Assembly (NCBI GenBank): GCA_043424675.1
Contig: JBHWPB010000075.1
Coordinates: 1,130-65,129, forward strand
DNA: 64,000 bases
DNA from: Carnobacteriaceae bacterium
GTDB taxonomy: Bacteria > Bacillota > Bacilli > Lactobacillales > Carnobacteriaceae_A
Reading direction: 5' to 3'
In this document: positions 61,381 through 64,000 of the stretch, in pieces
Numbering within the stretch: the first letter of the stretch is position 1
Layout of the letters: the number at the start of each line of letters is the position of its first letter
Notes under the pieces: generated by a model
Database searches by the model: none
Told to the model about the DNA's origin: nothing
What the model saw: the letters and a program-made list of their open reading frames with translations, nothing else
Position numbers and translations under genes: made by a program

Positions 61381-62250
61381 TTATTCTGACCATGATTGAA
61401 CGAGGTCTTGGTTGTTATCTACCCATTCACGAGCAGCCTCTTCCGCTGACATACCCTCGTGCATCTTGAGCATGACTTCTTCAACCTCTGTGATATCTAA
61501 ATTAAAGTTACTCAGAATATTGAATGCCTCAGGATAATCTTCATCCAATCCTGTACGTGCGATAGCCGTCAGTGCTTCTCCATCCCCGTAAGCTCCCTGT
61601 GGGTCTTCTAAAAATTTTAAGTCATATTCAATAAAGGACCAGTGCGGTGTCCAAAGTGCGGCAACAATATCTTCCTGGTTTTCAATAGCAGTTGAGAGTT
61701 CTGTCAACATCGCTCCTGTAGAAGACGTGTGGTGCGTCCACCCGCTCAGATTATCATATATTTCGAGAGCAGCATCTGTTCGGTTTGAAACGCCGGCTCC
61801 TGGTTCGACACCCGTGATGATTTGCCCCGCTTCGTCTGTTAACTCATCAATACTATCTACTTCCATATAATCCGGTACAACAAGGCCATTGACAGCACCT
61901 TCTGCAAAGGTGCCCAGATCGATAAGATCATCGCCATAACGCTCCATGTAAGCCCCGTGTGTTTCAGGCATCCACATACTTACCGACATATCAGCATCTC
62001 CTGTGGCGACAGAACTAAAGATAATTGCAATATCCAGCTGAACAAGTTCAACATCATAACCGGCATCTTCTAAAGCAGTTGTTGCTATATGCGTGACAGC
62101 AAGATTATCATCCCAGGATCCATGTGCCATAGTGAGGGTCGGCCTCTCTTCAGAGCCCATACTGAGTGTCGTATCATAGGCCCCCTCACTTCCGAATGTT
62201 AATACAAGGCCAATAACAGCAACGATTGCCAAAAATATTTTTTTAATCAT
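61381..62250 (-). CDS. Glycine betaine/compatible-solute ABC transporter substrate-binding protein (OpuAC-like), copy 2
   Basis: 289 aa with a hydrophobic N-terminal anchor and no lipobox Cys. The OpuAC/ProX-type pattern includes WDD, W.PxTHG and TPHWSF. Confidence 0.8.
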   Translation of the reverse strand: MIKKIFLAIVAVIGLVLTFGSEGAYDTTLSMGSEERPTLTMAHGSWDDNLAVTHIATTALEDAGYDVELVQLDIAIIFSSVATGDADMSVSMWMPETHGAYMERYGDDLIDLGTFAEGAVNGLVVPDYMEVDSIDELTDEAGQIITGVEPGAGVSNRTDAALEIYDNLSGWTHHTSSTGAMLTELSTAIENQEDIVAALWTPHWSFIEYDLKFLEDPQGAYGDGEALTAIARTGLDEDYPEAFNILSNFNLDITEVEEVMLKMHEGMSAEEAAREWVDNNQDLVQSWSE

Positions 62251-62410
62251 GTCGTCCTTTCTTTATTTATAAAAAGATACAAGTTTCTTTTTTTTATTTT
62301 AATTGGAATCTCTATTTATAGCTACTGATATGACTAAATTTTTCTTATTCATTTCTCCTCTCTTACTGAGCTAACAATAAAGAAGAACTAGTGTTGTCAA
62401 TTTTGGGTAG

Positions 62411-62450
62411 AAAAAAGGGCACAAGAGTGATATCTGCTCTTGTGCCCTTT
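62411..62450 (-). terminator. Rho-independent terminator between the two opuAC-like genes
   Basis: AAGGGCACAAGAG pairs with CTCTTGTGCCCTT, with a T run on the minus strand. Confidence 0.7.
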
Positions 62451-62479
62451 AGTTTTCAAATGATTTTTATTTCTGTTAT

Positions 62480-63367
62480 TTATTCTTCTGTTCCAGCAAC
62501 CCATTCTTGAACTATATCTGGGTTGTTGTCGACCCAATCTCTTGCTGCTTGGTCAGCAGATAAACCTTCACTCATATCTAACATAATCTGAGAAATATCG
62601 TCTATATCCCAGTGAAAATTGTCAATGATTTGGAAGGCTTGAGGTGCATCTTCTTCTAACCCCTTGCGAGCAAGTGTCACAAGGTTTTCACCTTCTCCAT
62701 AAACATTTTCCGGATCTTCAAGTACTTTCAAGTCGTAAGTGATAAACTTCCAGTGAGGGGTCCAGCCTGTGATGACAATTTCTTCTTCATCCTGATAAGC
62801 TGCCTGTAATTCAGTCAGCATCGCTCCTGTCGAAGAAGTATGGAATTGCCAGTCGTAGATATTATCATAGACTCCTCGGGCTGCTTCTGTCGCTGATGTG
62901 ATTCCAGCTCCCGGCTCAATTCCATAGATCTCTTGACCAGCTTGATCTGTCAAATCAGTGATAGAGTTGACATCTTCCATATAAGTAGGAACAACTAAAC
63001 CTGTGACAGCACCTTCAGTGTGCGGCCCCAAATCCTGAATGTCTTCTTCATACCGTTCATAATAAGCACCTTGGGTCAATGGCAGCCATGCTGATGTAGT
63101 AAAATCTACTTCATCTGTAGCAAGCGATGAAAACAAGATGGCTGGGTCTAATTGGACCATTTCTACCGTGTAACCTTCATCTTCTAGAACGTGTCTGATA
63201 GCATGGCCTGATGCTAGAGAGTCGTCCCATGATGTATGGCCAAGTGTTAATACTTCTCCTCCACCTGAAGAGAGGGAAGCTGATTCATAAGCTCCTGCAC
63301 TTCCAAAGGTCAAGAATAGACCAATGACAGCAACTATAGCTAAAAAGATTCTTTTAATCCATGTCAA
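62480..63367 (-). CDS. Glycine betaine/compatible-solute ABC transporter substrate-binding protein (OpuAC-like), copy 1
   Basis: 295 aa, paralogous to 61381-62250 (the N-terminal IFLAIVAVIGLxLTFGS is shared). Lies directly downstream of the permease gene. Confidence 0.82.
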   Translation of the reverse strand: MTWIKRIFLAIVAVIGLFLTFGSAGAYESASLSSGGGEVLTLGHTSWDDSLASGHAIRHVLEDEGYTVEMVQLDPAILFSSLATDEVDFTTSAWLPLTQGAYYERYEEDIQDLGPHTEGAVTGLVVPTYMEDVNSITDLTDQAGQEIYGIEPGAGITSATEAARGVYDNIYDWQFHTSSTGAMLTELQAAYQDEEEIVITGWTPHWKFITYDLKVLEDPENVYGEGENLVTLARKGLEEDAPQAFQIIDNFHWDIDDISQIMLDMSEGLSADQAARDWVDNNPDIVQEWVAGTEE

Positions 63368-63414
63368 GCTTTACCACAATTCCTTTCTCCTTTTTTCCTT
63401 TATCGCCTGTCTTC

Positions 63415-64000
63415 TTATTTTCTATCGTCTTGTGCAAGTGACTGCGTCAAGCGGTCTACAATAATCGCTAAGATGACGATTGCGAGACCTGCTACGAAAC
63501 CTTCCCCAACTTGAGCACGCTGCAGAGCCGTCAGTACGTTCTCTCCAAGTCCAGGCGCTCCGATCATTGAAGCAATAACAACCATAGATAGAGTTAACAT
63601 AACCGTTTGGTTGATCCCTGCGAAGATGGTATTCTTAGCTAGAGGCAGTTCAACTTTGAATAATTTTTGGTTCCCTGTACTACCAAAAGATTCTGCCGCT
63701 TCAATCAACTCAGGATCAATTTCACGGATTCCTAAGTTTGTCATACGCACAGTCGGCGCAAGGGCATAAATAAAGGAAGCGAAAATTCCAGGAACCATCC
63801 CAATTCCAAAGAATGCTACAGCTGGAATTAAGTAGACGAAAGCGGGCATGGTCTGCATAAAGTCAAGAACCGGTTGGATGATTGAATTCGCTGTCTCGCT
63901 CTTCGCCGCCAAAATACCGAGTGGAATTCCAATAATGATTGTTACGATACTCGCAACGACTACTAAAGAAATTGTATCGATAAGCTGCGGCCATAAGCCC
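63415..64000 (-). CDS. Glycine betaine ABC transporter permease (OpuAB/ProW-like), 5' end outside the window
   Basis: The frame stays open to the window edge (GLWPQLIDTISLVVVASIV...). The C-terminal part carries the typical EAAxxxG-region (EAAESFGSTGNQKLFKVELPLA). Confidence 0.85.
   Translation of the reverse strand, partial: GLWPQLIDTISLVVVASIVTIIIGIPLGILAAKSETANSIIQPVLDFMQTMPAFVYLIPAVAFFGIGMVPGIFASFIYALAPTVRMTNLGIREIDPELIEAAESFGSTGNQKLFKVELPLAKNTIFAGINQTVMLTLSMVVIASMIGAPGLGENVLTALQRAQVGEGFVAGLAIVILAIIVDRLTQSLAQDDRK

Overview
This window is a core chromosomal segment of a low-GC Firmicute. I count 62 CDS (53 on the minus strand), one tRNA, and no rRNA, IS element, prophage, CRISPR array or recognisable defence or toxin-antitoxin locus. 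Read on the minus strand, the gene order is metG-tatD-rnmV-rsmA-veg-(znuCB)-glmU-prs-prs-(two small + strand genes)-pth-mfd-yabM-yabN-yabO-divIC-yabR-tilS-hpt-ftsH-hslO-lysS. This matches the origin-proximal block of Bacillus subtilis with the sporulation genes missing. ctsR is followed directly by clpC with no mcsA/mcsB, and walR-walK-yycH-yycI-walJ-htrA is intact. Together these point to Lactobacillales. The proteins are conspicuously rich in Asp and Glu, which may indicate a halophilic or alkaliphilic lactic acid bacterium; that is speculation. I found no convincing new multi-gene system, and most of the window is ordinary housekeeping DNA. Observations worth a second look: (1) five DnaA boxes in a 522-bp gene-free spacer downstream of htrA, away from any dnaA gene; (2) a stand-alone GMP-synthase ATP-pyrophosphatase gene with no glutamine amidotransferase domain; (3) a thioesterase gene translationally coupled to a 352-aa protein of unknown function, divergent from an orphan CofE-like (F420 glutamyl-ligase fold) gene; (4) a DUF1659/DUF2922 small-protein pair; (5) an in-frame TAA followed by a 28-codon protein-like extension in a small membrane-protein gene; (6) several tandem paralog sets: prs x2, VOC ring-cleaving dioxygenase x3 plus an MhqD-like hydrolase, and opuAC-like x2. 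All calls come from reading the translations and the DNA by eye. No database search was run.
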